From contig OW569372.1 in NCBI GenBank assembly GCA_937625935.1, positions 186,001 to 250,000 of the forward strand: 64,000 nt of DNA, written 5' to 3'. Within the stretch, counting starts at the first letter, position 1, and the number at the start of each line of letters is the position of its first letter. Under the pieces are notes generated by a model that saw only the letters and a list, made by a program, of their open reading frames with translations, was not told where the DNA came from and did no database searches. Shown here piece after piece: positions 42,133-54,421 of the stretch. Both the position numbers and the translations under genes were made by a program. This DNA is from Tetramitus jugosus (lineage: Eukaryota > Protista > Heterolobosea).

Positions 42133-42903
42133 TTACTCTTTTTGTGTAATGACCAAGATACCCAGGATGCCAATAACAGCAAACTTGACCCATGGATAAT
42201 CGTTCATCACGATTGTGACCATACCGACGTGTGGCAGAATGCCCTTGACTTGTCCAATAATGTGCTCCTTTCGCAACCATTCCATGTCTTCATTGTAAAT
42301 ACCATAACGATCATCTCTAGCATTGTTATCACCCTTGGTCAAGACAAACACATCATCCTTTGTACTGTTCATGAGAGATCACAAAATGACAAAATGACAA
42401 AAGAAACAAAAAAGCAAGGTGTCAGCCATTTGCTTTGGCGCCCATTTTTCACCCTTGTATTCCGTAAGAAAGCTTTGATCAAATTAGAAACATACTTTTC
42501 GTGATTTCGCGTCACTCGATGAACAATTGGAATATCTCTATTATTGAGCTTATAAACAACAATGTCTCCTGTTCGGATTGGCTTCTCCGTGTTCAAGCTC
42601 AAGAACAAGATGTCTCCTCTGTAGAATCCAGGCTCCATGCTACCACTAAAAAAACAATAAAGTCATATCATCACAAAAAAAGTTTGTTAGGATTTTCTGA
42701 ATGCAATCTCTTATAGAGAGCATCAAAAGCTTTTGATTTGAAAATACGTACGTGAGAACAACGACGATTGGACTCTCGCAGTTTGTGTACACTGAAAGGC
42801 CCTTCCATATGACTAGTGCAGCACAGACAACGAAAGCTAAGTTTACAATTTGAGAGATCAATTCTCTCACGTTCATGGATTTGAGCTGTTGCAGTGCTTC
42901 CAT
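42133..42903 (-). CDS. SEC11: Signal peptidase complex catalytic subunit, 3 exons
   Basis: ESPIVVVLT|[43 protein letters not shown]. Confidence 0.93.
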
Positions 42904-43061
42904 TTTTGTGTTTGTTTTTTTCTGACTGATTGCAATCAGAAAATTTTCACCTCAAGTGAATTTTGATCACAACAAGTTGTTTTTGTTTGTTTCGAATGAC
43001 GAGTGAACATTTGATGGTGTTTGTTTACAGGAAACCTTCTTCTTTATTGTTTGTAGGTTGT

Positions 43062-46000
43062 CTATTCATCCATTTGCTCGTCTTCTTCATCGTCATCTGC
43101 TCCTTCTTCGACGTTGAATTGGAAATCGTATTCTTGATCACAGCCGCGATACGCGTCACACATGAAGAACAGCTTGTATTCGTAGGAGCCAGGTGTCTTG
43201 GGTGCTGTGAATACGAGGTTGGTTTTTCTAGTCTTGTACGCGTCTACTCTCTTGATGGCACAAATGGTGTTCTTCTTGACGTCACCAATGACGAGCCACC
43301 ATTGCTCAACTCGCTTTCCAGGGAAGTATGGAGCATAAATAGGTGCATCAGGTTCCATATCTTCATCCACTTCGAATCGAACAGACATGACGACTTGTTC
43401 CTCGGTTCTAATATCATCCTTGTCCTCAATATTGTGATGCAGTTCGATATTTGGATATCTGTTCAGTGCATTCGCAACATCTACCATCATCTCGTCAGAG
43501 AATTTGAGAAGCGCATTTCTGTCATCATCTTCCATATTAATCAGATCAAATATGTTTTCAATGCCAGCCTTCTCGCACTTAGTAGCCAATTCTTGATCAA
43601 AGTATGGCAGTTGCATCAGATAGGAGTCCTTCTTCCAGCATGCCTGGGCAATCATTTGAGATAACTCCATGGCGGCCAGTGCTGGGTTTAACCAACCTTC
43701 AGTGGCAATAACATCCACCAATGATTGAATCAGTTTGACAGAGTTCTTTAACACAAATTGCTTGTCTTCTGTCATTTCGGCTGTCAATTTCTGACGAGAG
43801 AAATGAGATTGGAGCAATAGGTTCACCTTGGTGTGTGGGTCATTGTATTTTGGTTTCTCAATCTTGAGTGGAGCATGAGAGGCAATCTTATGAAGTATGC
43901 CTTCTTCCTTCTTTCTGATGACAATGTCCTCATCGAACTCGGATGCTGCACTCAATATTTCAAGTAGAGCTCGAATGTTTGACCGGTCAGATATGCTGGA
44001 GCTAAATATTTCAATAGTCGAGTATTTGATATAATAGTATGAAGAAATACTTCCAAGATTCATCGGGGTAATCTTGTCATCATCGACAGCAATACATCTG
44101 GATTGCTCTAACTCAGAAATGGTATTCTCGACCAATTCAGATAAATAATCAGATATGTGTCTGTTTGTGACACCATGTAAGTTGTAATAGTTAGGGTTCT
44201 TAGTGAGTCTTCTGTACAGGAACGTCCAAGTAAGATAATTGACAGCATCTTGCTTGCTTTCGATCGTTTTCGCATCAATCTCAGCATTCATATTGTCATA
44301 CAATAAGTGATCAAGATGTGACTCTACCGGGAATGGTTCGGACAAGAATTTCTTGTAGTACTCCTTCTTTGGGTTGTGGCACATGACGAATACCTTGCCT
44401 GACTCGTCCAATTTTGGTCGACTGGCCTTACCAACCATACTCAAAACATCCATGATTGAATACTCAGTGTATCTGTGCTCCTTACCATTATACTGTTCTG
44501 TACCCATGATAATGACAGCATGAGCATCTAGATCATACGCCCAGCTAGTAGAGTTGACACACACAAGCACAAGAATCACTCCACATGAGTACAAGTTCTC
44601 AACAATCTCCTTGTCAAGTTCAGACAAACCATCATCAAGAAATCCGATACCGTATTGGATGGTAGTCTTAAGCGTTGCATTTGATAGACGATCAATCAGT
44701 TGATCAAGTGAATCTTCTTGACGGCCAATGAATCGCTTTGGATTTTCATCAGTAGCTACTCTAGTGTACAGATCTACAGCGGTAGAACGTGTTTCTTTTC
44801 TTGATGAGGTGTAAACAATCGCAGGCTTACCGTAGGATTGATTTCGCAGAATGAGATATGCTGGCTTCATCATGGCTGACTGTCTAGCGTTGAAGCTACC
44901 TTGTGAATAGCCTTGAATATGAATATCGATAGGAATAGGACGAACACTTGGATGAAAATTGAAAAGGGTTTGATTCTTTGTTGATGCTCCAATCCATTCT
45001 CCTAAATCCTTTGCATTTGCGACTGATGCACACAATCCAATAATTCGTATCTTGTTCTGTACCTTAGAACAAATGTATCTCATTCTGGAAACAATCACTT
45101 CGATGATTGGACCTTTGTTTCCGCCAATGAGGTGAAGATCATCGACAATAAAGAGATTTATCTTTGTCACGACCTGTCTAGATCTCCACTTACGTGAGAA
45201 CATGTCCCATTGTTCTGGTGTACAGAGTGTGATGTTACTGTTTGTAAGTGTCTTCAGGTCAGCAACAATATCACCTACCAACACTCCAACTTTTAAATTC
45301 AAAGTCGAACCAAACTTGTTTTCCCATTGCTTGGCTCGCAGAGCAACACTTGCAGAATGAGGAACAACATACACACAACGGAAAGCTTCTCCATACTGAT
45401 TGAGAGCACGTAATATTGCCAATTCAGCACACACTGTCTTACCTGTACTCACAGGACCAGAGAGAAGAATGTTTTCATCCGTGTTATAGAAGGTGCTGAA
45501 TGTTTGAGTTTGAATCGGATTAAACTCTTGAATATCATCAAATAGCTTCTCGTACTGTTCGTTTCGAAGACTGCTGATAGGCAATAGGCGAAGGTCCAAC
45601 AACTCGGTAGGTGGAGCATACTTTTCAGGCAAAATCAAGTGTCTGAATGATATTGGAAGTCTGGTCTCTGATGAGAGCCACTTGTCGGATACTACCTTGA
45701 TAAAGTACTGTGGTGGAAGCGGCTCGAATACAGGTACAGTAAAGCTCACAAAGTGTTCATCTTGGGAGTACTTTTTCTTCAATAAGAATGGTTCCGAGTG
45801 AAGAATGTTTTCACCATCAACATCCTCAACAATGATCCAGAATGCTTCGGCAGGACCATGGATGGATTCTACGTATTGGAAGTCTGGAATAATAGTCAAT
45901 TCAATCTTTAGCACGCTTCGTGTGAGTGGTTGCACATGCGCAGTCAGATCAAGCTTTGGGAACTGATGAATGTGCTTGTAGATGGTGTTACCCATCTTCG

Positions 46001-49000
46001 GGAATCTAACAAGACTACCCAACTCAGCAGGCGATAAATCGAACAATCTAGCCCATGGCAAAGATCTCTTTTCCAACTGCTTCAAGATATCCTCAGGAAT
46101 ACCGCGGAATTGTCTTAAAGGTGTTTGAGAGCTCCACATTCTCTTTTCAATCATCTTGGCCAAATTGAGTACTCTGTCAGCAAGTTGGGCCCATCCACGC
46201 TTGAGCACAATTTCAAACAATGCTCTTGTAATTCTAGCAGCAGATTGAGTCAAGTAAACCATATCAGCCATGAGCGCAAATCCTTCTAGTTTCAATCGGG
46301 AGATGTACGCTTGTAGAAGTACATTGACCTTTGCAGATGGTTCATCGATTGACTCCTTGACAGGAATTGGCACTCTTTCTAAAAGTTTTAAGAGCTCAAG
46401 CTTCTCCTCTTGTCTAATCTGGATAAACTTAAACTCCTCTGACAAGGAGAAAACTCTAAAGAGTTCAATATCGCTCATTGTGGGCTTCAGATGTTCGTTG
46501 AAGGTAGCAACTGACTTATAACTCACATAGTAATGACTTGCAACTCTTCCTAGATCTGTTGATTGGAAGTTTCCAGTCTTTCGATCGTACTTGATCAAGT
46601 TGTGCTTTGACAACAGAGAGGCAGCTGTATGAATAAGATCTCTCCGTCTATTTTCGAGGTTACGATCATTCTCCAATGCATCTCTTTCTATTCCATAGAG
46701 CACTGGATTTCTCATCATACGCACAAACAAATATGTGTAACTGAGCCAATTAATTGCATCATTCATGTTACTGACTGTTCCAAGTACGATTTCTCCGTTT
46801 AGGTTATCTGCCAAGGGTTTGATAAATTGACTTTCGATTGGAAGTTGTTGATTGAGCAGTGATAGGTAATACTGTAATTCGGTATGACTCGTAATAATAA
46901 TACCTTCACCCTTGTCGTCGAATTGAGGTCTTCCAGCTCTACCCATCATTTGCATAATGTCCATGTAACTTAATTCTGACCACCTTCCCTTCTCTGGATT
47001 GTAGATCTGAGTTCCTTTGATGATAACTCTGTGTGCTGGTAGATTCACACCCCAAGCCAATGTGGCCGTAGATACTAATACTTGCAATCTACCATCAGCA
47101 AAGAGATCCTCAACGAGAGTACGATCCAATCTTGTCATACCAGCATGATGAATACCGAAACCATATGGCAATAGTTCCTTTAAATCAGGACTAGTTACAT
47201 TCTCAATTTCTGATCTCAAGATTTCTCGTGTGACACTATCGTTCTTAATGAACTTCTCAATCGTTCCATTCTCAATGGCCATCTCCTTGATTGTTTTGGC
47301 AGTTTTATACGTATCCTTTCTTGAGTGAGCGAACACGAGGACTTGATCTCTACCAACACATTCCATCACCTTGTTGTAAGTGATTTCATTCATTAGCTTA
47401 TACCTATTGAAAGCTTTTCGTTCAGTAATACCAATATATTGTTGCTCTAGAGGTACAGGACGATAACGATTATCAAAATGGAAGAGATTTTGTGGTTTCA
47501 CACGCAAAAATGTTGCCACATCTCGATAGTTTGGCAGTGTAGCTGACAAACCAACGATACGAATCGGTTCTTGAGTAGCCTCTTGTTGTCTAATTGTTCT
47601 GGCGACAACGGACTCTAATACTGGACCACGCTCATCGTGCAGTAAATGAATCTCATCAATAATGATCAATCTCACTAAACTGACATAGGTTCTATCTCCA
47701 CTCTTACGCGTAACGATATCCCACTTTTCAGGAGTAGTCACAATGATTTGTGTTTCATCGATTTGCTGCTTTGTCATATTGCGATCACCAGTCAGCTCTT
47801 GAATATTCAATCCATAACTATGGAACCGTTCGTTCAAATTACCGACAACTTCTTGCACGAGAGCTTTCATTGGTGCAATGTACACAATCTTAAAATCTTT
47901 TTCAATCAAATGAGTTTGTGTTTCGTCCAAATGCTTACTCAATTCATGCAAAATACAAAGCACAGCCACATTGGTCTTTCCCGCACCTGTAGGAGCACAG
48001 ATCAGCATGTTACCTCCCGAGTAAAAAGCAGACTTGAAAATCTTGCTTTGTATCCGATTCAACTTTTTTACATTGGGTAGTGAGGCATGAGCCCATCTGG
48101 GCAGTTCTTCAATATTTACAAAATGCTCGTCTTCCTTCATTTGTGGAGCTTGCAATCCCGGTATTAATACTTGCTCATATCCCTTAAATTGTTGCCGTAT
48201 GACTCCCTGGGGTAGTTCACATGTCTTGTTACTCATTAAATGACTTCCTTGTTCGAATGCCAATTCATCGAGATCCAACACCTGAGGAGGAAGTTCATTT
48301 CGCTCATCTCTTTCATCGATCTCCATTTTAGTCTCTGCACTTGGCTGTTTTCTTCGTGATGCAGCGTGCAGCTTTTGCAAAATTGGTGCCAACTGTTCAT
48401 TTGCTCTCATTTCTTCTTGAATCTTCCGTTTTGCCTCATGATCATCGCCAGCTCTCTTCAACTTGACACAATATACAATCTTCCACCTGTTTTTCATCAA
48501 TTTCTGGATTAATTTAAACTTATCGAATTCCAGTAGTTGAACCAACTTGTTCTCGCAGTCTCGATCATCGTTTAGCTGCAGTATATCGTACACCTGAGAG
48601 GAAACATTATTGGTTGTCGATGCATCGCCATAGTACTGTTTTAGTTCATTCGGCAGCCAGTCAACATCAATCGAGCTCGGATCAATATAATCTGGATCAC
48701 TTGTATCCTCTGATCCATCCTCCTTATGTGCACCACCATGTCTCCTATTGTATCCAATGTTTTGTGGTGCACTACTCTCGTCTTCATCTTCCATTGACTC
48801 ACCAGCATCATCTTTTTGATCTTCTTCATCTTCTTCGTCCTCTTGTTCGTCATCACTCTCAACGACATAGTTCAATTCACCTCCTCTCTTTCGTTTGTTT
48901 CCACCCATACCACTGCTATCACCTTCTACTTCGTCCTCTTCGTTAAACACTAACGATATGCCAATATCATCATTGTCGTTCATCATTGCATGATCCTCAT

Positions 49001-49664
49001 CTTCATCTATTGATGATGAATAATCGTTGATTCTCTTTGAAATTTGAACCAACTTTGCAAAATGATCTTCTCTCATTTCAGGCAAAATCAACTTTGCTTG
49101 TTTTAATTTTTCTGGATCATTGACTCTCTCTTGCTTCAAAATGGACAACATTTCATCTGCTGCACCACGAATTACATTCTCATCTGCTTCACCCAAATAC
49201 GGATAAATAAAAGCCAACAATGTTTCATATGCCACTTGAGTCTCTTCTGTTTTTGGCTTATAGAATGATTCTCTCGTATAGGCACTCACAATATTATCAT
49301 TAATGGACAACATTGTTTTTTTTCTTTTTTTGAGGTGTTGATTCGAAGAAGAAGAAGAGGTGACATGCTTCTTTGTTGTTGCTGATGATGATGACGTTGT
49401 TGATGATTGTGGTTTCGAGTATTCAACACGACTGCCCATTCGTTCCAAGTCTTTTCCACGCAAACTTTCTACTTCACCTGTTCCTTCACTCTTATTGATC
49501 CGAGGACGGTTCTCTGCAATCAACACAATGTTTGCATTGGATCGATAATCATAGTCGGTGAATCTTGTGATGCTATCACGATCATTTTTATCACTGTTGC
49601 TACGAGAGGATGATTTTTGACCACCACGATCACTCGTACTTCCACCACGTTTGTTTGATGACAT
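43062..49664 (-). CDS. SNRNP200: U5 snRNP 200-kDa helicase Brr2
   Basis: Two helicase-Sec63 cassettes; APTGAGKT, DEIHLLHDERGPVLE, STATLAWGVNLPAH, QMMGRAGRPQFD; C-terminal CDAYRGCDQE. Confidence 0.96.
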   Translation of the reverse strand: MSSNKRGGSTSDRGGQKSSSRSNSDKNDRDSITRFTDYDYRSNANIVLIAENRPRINKSEGTGEVESLRGKDLERMGSRVEYSKPQSSTTSSSSATTKKHVTSSSSSNQHLKKRKKTMLSINDNIVSAYTRESFYKPKTEETQVAYETLLAFIYPYLGEADENVIRGAADEMLSILKQERVNDPEKLKQAKLILPEMREDHFAKLVQISKRINDYSSSIDEDEDHAMMNDNDDIGISLVFNEEDEVEGDSSGMGGNKRKRGGELNYVVESDDEQEDEEDEEDQKDDAGESMEDEDESSAPQNIGYNRRHGGAHKEDGSEDTSDPDYIDPSSIDVDWLPNELKQYYGDASTTNNVSSQVYDILQLNDDRDCENKLVQLLEFDKFKLIQKLMKNRWKIVYCVKLKRAGDDHEAKRKIQEEMRANEQLAPILQKLHAASRRKQPSAETKMEIDERDERNELPPQVLDLDELAFEQGSHLMSNKTCELPQGVIRQQFKGYEQVLIPGLQAPQMKEDEHFVNIEELPRWAHASLPNVKKLNRIQSKIFKSAFYSGGNMLICAPTGAGKTNVAVLCILHELSKHLDETQTHLIEKDFKIVYIAPMKALVQEVVGNLNERFHSYGLNIQELTGDRNMTKQQIDETQIIVTTPEKWDIVTRKSGDRTYVSLVRLIIIDEIHLLHDERGPVLESVVARTIRQQEATQEPIRIVGLSATLPNYRDVATFLRVKPQNLFHFDNRYRPVPLEQQYIGITERKAFNRYKLMNEITYNKVMECVGRDQVLVFAHSRKDTYKTAKTIKEMAIENGTIEKFIKNDSVTREILRSEIENVTSPDLKELLPYGFGIHHAGMTRLDRTLVEDLFADGRLQVLVSTATLAWGVNLPAHRVIIKGTQIYNPEKGRWSELSYMDIMQMMGRAGRPQFDDKGEGIIITSHTELQYYLSLLNQQLPIESQFIKPLADNLNGEIVLGTVSNMNDAINWLSYTYLFVRMMRNPVLYGIERDALENDRNLENRRRDLIHTAASLLSKHNLIKYDRKTGNFQSTDLGRVASHYYVSYKSVATFNEHLKPTMSDIELFRVFSLSEEFKFIQIRQEEKLELLKLLERVPIPVKESIDEPSAKVNVLLQAYISRLKLEGFALMADMVYLTQSAARITRALFEIVLKRGWAQLADRVLNLAKMIEKRMWSSQTPLRQFRGIPEDILKQLEKRSLPWARLFDLSPAELGSLVRFPKMGNTIYKHIHQFPKLDLTAHVQPLTRSVLKIELTIIPDFQYVESIHGPAEAFWIIVEDVDGENILHSEPFLLKKKYSQDEHFVSFTVPVFEPLPPQYFIKVVSDKWLSSETRLPISFRHLILPEKYAPPTELLDLRLLPISSLRNEQYEKLFDDIQEFNPIQTQTFSTFYNTDENILLSGPVSTGKTVCAELAILRALNQYGEAFRCVYVVPHSASVALRAKQWENKFGSTLNLKVGVLVGDIVADLKTLTNSNITLCTPEQWDMFSRKWRSRQVVTKINLFIVDDLHLIGGNKGPIIEVIVSRMRYICSKVQNKIRIIGLCASVANAKDLGEWIGASTKNQTLFNFHPSVRPIPIDIHIQGYSQGSFNARQSAMMKPAYLILRNQSYGKPAIVYTSSRKETRSTAVDLYTRVATDENPKRFIGRQEDSLDQLIDRLSNATLKTTIQYGIGFLDDGLSELDKEIVENLYSCGVILVLVCVNSTSWAYDLDAHAVIIMGTEQYNGKEHRYTEYSIMDVLSMVGKASRPKLDESGKVFVMCHNPKKEYYKKFLSEPFPVESHLDHLLYDNMNAEIDAKTIESKQDAVNYLTWTFLYRRLTKNPNYYNLHGVTNRHISDYLSELVENTISELEQSRCIAVDDDKITPMNLGSISSYYYIKYSTIEIFSSSISDRSNIRALLEILSAASEFDEDIVIRKKEEGILHKIASHAPLKIEKPKYNDPHTKVNLLLQSHFSRQKLTAEMTEDKQFVLKNSVKLIQSLVDVIATEGWLNPALAAMELSQMIAQACWKKDSYLMQLPYFDQELATKCEKAGIENIFDLINMEDDDRNALLKFSDEMMVDVANALNRYPNIELHHNIEDKDDIRTEEQVVMSVRFEVDEDMEPDAPIYAPYFPGKRVEQWWLVIGDVKKNTICAIKRVDAYKTRKTNLVFTAPKTPGSYEYKLFFMCDAYRGCDQEYDFQFNVEEGADDDEEDEQMDE

Positions 49665-49929
49665 TGTTTGTTGTGAGTAGGTGAGGTGTATTGTGTGTTT
49701 TTTGGTGTTTCGTGTCGCTTGTTGTGATTTTTGAGCGATCAAATTTGTGGTGGAGCTTTTTTTTCTCGTTACTTTTGTCGCCTGTGAAACTATCGTCAAA
49801 CTCATTGAAGATCTTTTTGTTGCCGCTCCGGCAAAATTGTGCGGAGAAAGAGCGGCATTTCTCGTTGTCTCCTATTTTTTTTCTTCTTATTCGAATCATC
49901 AACATCAAAGCAAACCATACCACAAAGCA

Positions 49930-50286
49930 ATGTCATCAGTTGCACCACGAGTCAAGAGATTATCAGGTCTTCAGAGACAAGTTCTCTCTGTCTATCGACT
50001 ACTCTTGAAAGCAGCGGATAAAAAAGAAAAGCCCGACATAATGAAACAATATATCCGACAACAATTCCGACTCAAGGCACAATCGATACCTGTGCATAAC
50101 CATTATCAAATCGAGTGGTTCGTCCGGTATGCCAAAGGACAACTCGAAACGATCAGTTCCCCTCATTGTACAAACATTACTTTTATGACTGTCAAAACAG
50201 AAAGAGATCCTTCTATTGATCCACTACAGGAGCAAAAACAACGATATCAACAACAAATGGCCAATAATAAAAGCAAAGCAATATAA
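49930..50286 (+). CDS. SDHAF1: LYR-motif protein, succinate dehydrogenase assembly factor 1-like
   Basis: RLSGLQRQVLSVYRLLLKAA...IRQQFR...IEWFVR..KGQLE. Confidence 0.7.
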   Translation: MSSVAPRVKRLSGLQRQVLSVYRLLLKAADKKEKPDIMKQYIRQQFRLKAQSIPVHNHYQIEWFVRYAKGQLETISSPHCTNITFMTVKTERDPSIDPLQEQKQRYQQQMANNKSKAI

Positions 50287-50388
50287 CATGGGAACTACTC
50301 ATTTTTTGTTTTTGTTGTTTTTGTTGTTGTGTGATGTTGATTGTATAAAGTGCAATTTTGGTTGTATAATGTTCGAAGCTTTTTCTTT

Positions 50389-50787
50389 CTATTTCATGTA
50401 TCCTGGATAGTAAAGCTTATATTGATCTATGCGATGCCGTCGGTTAACGATTGCTCTCGTTCTTGACTGTTGCTGTTCTCTTCTCTTGTGCATCGTTTGT
50501 TCCAACAATGGTTCGTCGAATTGAACCCAGGCTTCCATATCGTTTGGCACTTGTTCCTCGTGGATCAGCATTTGTGCATGGTTTGGTATCAAATGCTTCA
50601 TCCCATTATCACGTTCCACAATGGCCAACGAACGTTCGTGACTGTCAACAAAGGAAACTGGTAAGCGATAGTTGCTGCGAACCTTGTGCAATGTGAGTCG
50701 AGAAACGATCCGAAGCATTGAATAGTACACTTGTTTCAGTTTAATGTTCTGTGATGCTAGTTTCACTGTCAGGTGATTGCTGAACAT
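50389..50787 (-). CDS. Small basic protein of unknown function (possibly mitoribosomal)
   Basis: Open frame filling the gap between two genes; basic composition; start codon uncertain. Confidence 0.4.
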   Translation of the reverse strand: MFSNHLTVKLASQNIKLKQVYYSMLRIVSRLTLHKVRSNYRLPVSFVDSHERSLAIVERDNGMKHLIPNHAQMLIHEEQVPNDMEAWVQFDEPLLEQTMHKRREQQQSRTRAIVNRRHRIDQYKLYYPGYMK

Positions 50788-50907
50788 GGTTCCACTGACC
50801 AGTATTTGAAATAGAAAGATGATGGAAGCAATCATCTTTTTCTTGTTTTTTGGGTTGAACAAAATCGAAAAAACATCATGTGTAAGATCACACAGCACAT
50901 TTGTTGT

Positions 50908-53900
50908 TCAGTTTACGAGGAATCTTTCATCCAGCAGCGTTTTTGAGCATATATTCCTTTGGAGAAGGATATGCCTGATGAGACGAATGATCAAATTGAT
51001 CAAGTAGACGACAATGATGCTGGCGAATGGATTATTGGCTCCAACATCGACCACTCCATAGAGTACAATGTTGAATGTCAAGAGACTGAGTTCAGATCCC
51101 ATGGGAAGCAATCTCTTGAAAGAGTAGCTCACGTTATCATTGTAAAAATAGGTCTTTTGAGACATGCTGTGATCCGGTTCGAAACCTAGTCTCTGTGTCA
51201 GCTGTCGATCAAGTACTTGGTCAGGTTTCAGTTTAATTTCACTCACAGCTTGCTTCAGGTATTCATTCAAGTTATGATAGCAGTCGAATAATGTCAATGG
51301 ATGGAGTGCTACTCGTTTGATACTCCCCAGTCCAAGGTCGAGCAACTTGAAGAATCGGTCAATTGTTATTTCTGTGTGCATGGGTGTATTGTTCATTGCT
51401 TGGTTCGCTTGATTGGGTAGCAATTTCGTTTGATTGGGATAGTTGTTCTTTGATTTCAACAATTCGTGAGCAATGGGATCTGCAAGTTTTTCATTGTACA
51501 CTTTCCTGAAGTCCTGTGAAACATAAATGCTAAATGATTGGATTGGTGGAATTTGTGGATCAGGTAGAAATCCTCGCGTCAACACTGTGTTGCTTCTTTC
51601 ATTCTGCAAATACTCGTTGAATTCTTTCATGTTTGCATCAGCGAATGGATGAACGCTCTCTCCGTGAATATAGTATCCAAAGTTACTTTCACTCAACAAA
51701 AATACTGAGATGTTAGCCAAAGAGCAAGTATCAATGAACACTGTCAGTGGATTTCTAATGAACCGATAGTGGAAGAGTCGAATGTACAGAAATTGCACAG
51801 CTGCAATTGCAAACCAAAATATTGTTATGATCGCAAATCTCAAAGCATAGTTCGTTTGAAAAGTACTCGTAATGTCCTTAAAATTCGGCTGAGCTGTCGC
51901 CAAGTTGTTCAAGCGGAATCCATATATTAATAGCAGCAGGAAGAAGAGGGTAAACTCTAGATTAATAACACTTAAGCTGCTAAGCTTCTTCCATTCTTTA
52001 GCGATAGAAACAGTTCTCCACATGCTGATCGGCGAGTAATTTCCTTGTCTACCTCTATTCTCAACGATTTTACCTCTAGATTTTTCCCAATCAATGAAGA
52101 AGATATCGTATGATGTTTCGCGGTAGAGCGCACCTATCTGCTCGATGATTTTTCCCACGAGACACACACATATTATCGTTGTGTAGTATATCAAGTCTAA
52201 GCCGTATGGTTTGGGTAGAAGAGCGAATGCATTGAGCTGGTGCTTAAAAAAGAAGTACCAGTATAGAGTTACGCACCATAGAATGATGAATATTAAATTT
52301 GAGAACACCGAGCAGAACTGAAGAATGAGTTGTCCAAAGATCTATTGCAAGATTGTGAGTACTTAGGATTGCTTAAAGATCTATTGTGAAATGATTATAC
52401 TTACCGCCACATCAACAAAGGCAATCTGCCTTCGTCTGATATACTGCCATACTCGATATACACTCACCACAATAGCTATAATAAGTGATACTGAGATGAA
52501 CGATATTACTGATATCCAAGATGGCTTTTGATTCTTTACATACTCAGCAGAGAAGGATATCTTTTTGATGGGTGAGTTTTTGAAATATTAACATTTGGAA
52601 GAACCAAATTGAACATACTTTTGGGGTATAGATTGTTTCAGAATCGCTGGTTGTGAAGTTAGCACTCACAGAATCAACATCCTTTAGTTTTCTAGATGTG
52701 TATCGAATAGATAGGATAGGAGGATTGATTCTCTCTTGAGTTTTGTCCCTCAATGACACACGCAACCGAATCGTTTCTGCAATTCGTACTACTTCAGGTT
52801 TTTCAGCATTTGCTTTCTTTCCAACTAGATTATCGTACATGAAGAATCGGCGATACAACTGATAATTTTGTGGCCATAGGTCCTTTGGTTTCTGTATTCT
52901 CTTATCTTCCAAGAATATCTGGACTGGCACAGGGTAAAGAGTCGATCCATCCAATATATACAACTCATAGAATTCAGGATTTTCAAACCTTGTGAGTGAT
53001 TGGACATTAAATCGACACTCTATTTCCTGGTCCGAGCCAAAGTTTAAGAATCTAGTCTGGTCAAATACGCCACCAGGACATAATGTTAACTCGTTCGTAA
53101 GTTCTCTCATACCCAGCCACTCACCACTCCACGTATACACGGATAATATATAGGTAAGCCTACGAACTCCATTTCTGTTCTTCGCATTGAGAGCAACTTT
53201 CATCTGGATATCATCATTAGAGACTACTCTTCCTGACTGTGCGCTGTAAGTCAGCCAAGGCATACCGCTTCTCCATCCAGGATATCCATTGGTATCATCG
53301 ACATATGTGCTGATTATCGAATCAAATAGTTTACAAGCGCTCGATTGTTCATCATATAGTTGTACGACACACATATTAGCAAGATTATTGCAAGCGGTAA
53401 CGTCTCCAGTTTGTTTGCATTTGGTTGCCGAAGAGAAGAACTGTTGATATATAATGTTTGATTGAACGGATTGAGATGAAGGTGTTACTTTCCTCTTCTG
53501 CGCCATGGTTTCATAAACTTGCTTGTAGTTTACAGTGGAAGCGGTTTCGATTGAATACTGTCCTACGATTGTTTGATAAACAGAAGATAGCAAACAATTT
53601 CCGTTCCATAGGGTATACTCAGCAGGACAAACACATGAACCAGACGATCCAATCATTCTTCTATCAGGACAGGGTATGCAGGCGTATGCATCAGATTCGT
53701 CTCGCACTGAATTTTCGGGACAAGGAGTACATATCTTTTCGTTGTTGGTCTCCACTGTTTATGACAATCCCTTAGCATCTTGTTAACTAAAACACCAGAC
53801 AGATGATTCATACATACCTAGAATATTTGCCTGAGAGTCACAAACACACTCTCTCCTTTCAGCATTGAACTTTGATCCACTACCACATGTCATACATCGA

Positions 53901-54354
53901 AATCTATCCCTAGAAGATGCCTTTAATTACAAAACAGGAGCATGAATGAGCGATGCGATGAAAACAGCAATAACTTGCAACAACTACAACACCTTACCTT
54001 TCCTGAGCTAAAACAATCGATGCAAGTTCTGGCTTCAGAGGAAGATACACTCTCCATATATCCTTCAGAACAAGTGCAATCATTGATTGTTCCCGTCGAA
54101 GTTGAGCTAAAGCAAGGAATGCACTGAAAGGAGTTGGAATTATAATAGTGCTGTTGGTTCGCACACGCGGGATACGGATTGTAGGGTATACTTGCTTTGG
54201 ACCAACATATGACACAACACACCAAAACATAGAGGAAAAACACTGTGCGATTTGTAGTTGATGAGCATGAGGAACCACCATTCATTTTTGCCCAAACTAT
54301 TCCCGCCTTTGGTTGTGAGATGAATTTCTGTACATCCGATGGCGGTTGAATCAT
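50908..54354 (-). CDS. TMEM67: Meckelin (ciliary transition-zone protein), multi-exon
   Basis: Signal peptide and Cys-rich repeats; ACNNLANMCV, LYRRFFMYDNL, DIFFIDWEK, ISMWRT, GYYIHGESVHPFAD, NICSKTLLDERFL. Confidence 0.9.
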
Positions 54355-54421
54355 TCCAAAGTGAATGAATTCCCCGTCTTCAGCTGGGAACTTTCAAACA
54401 CAAAACAGAGATTAGGTGTAG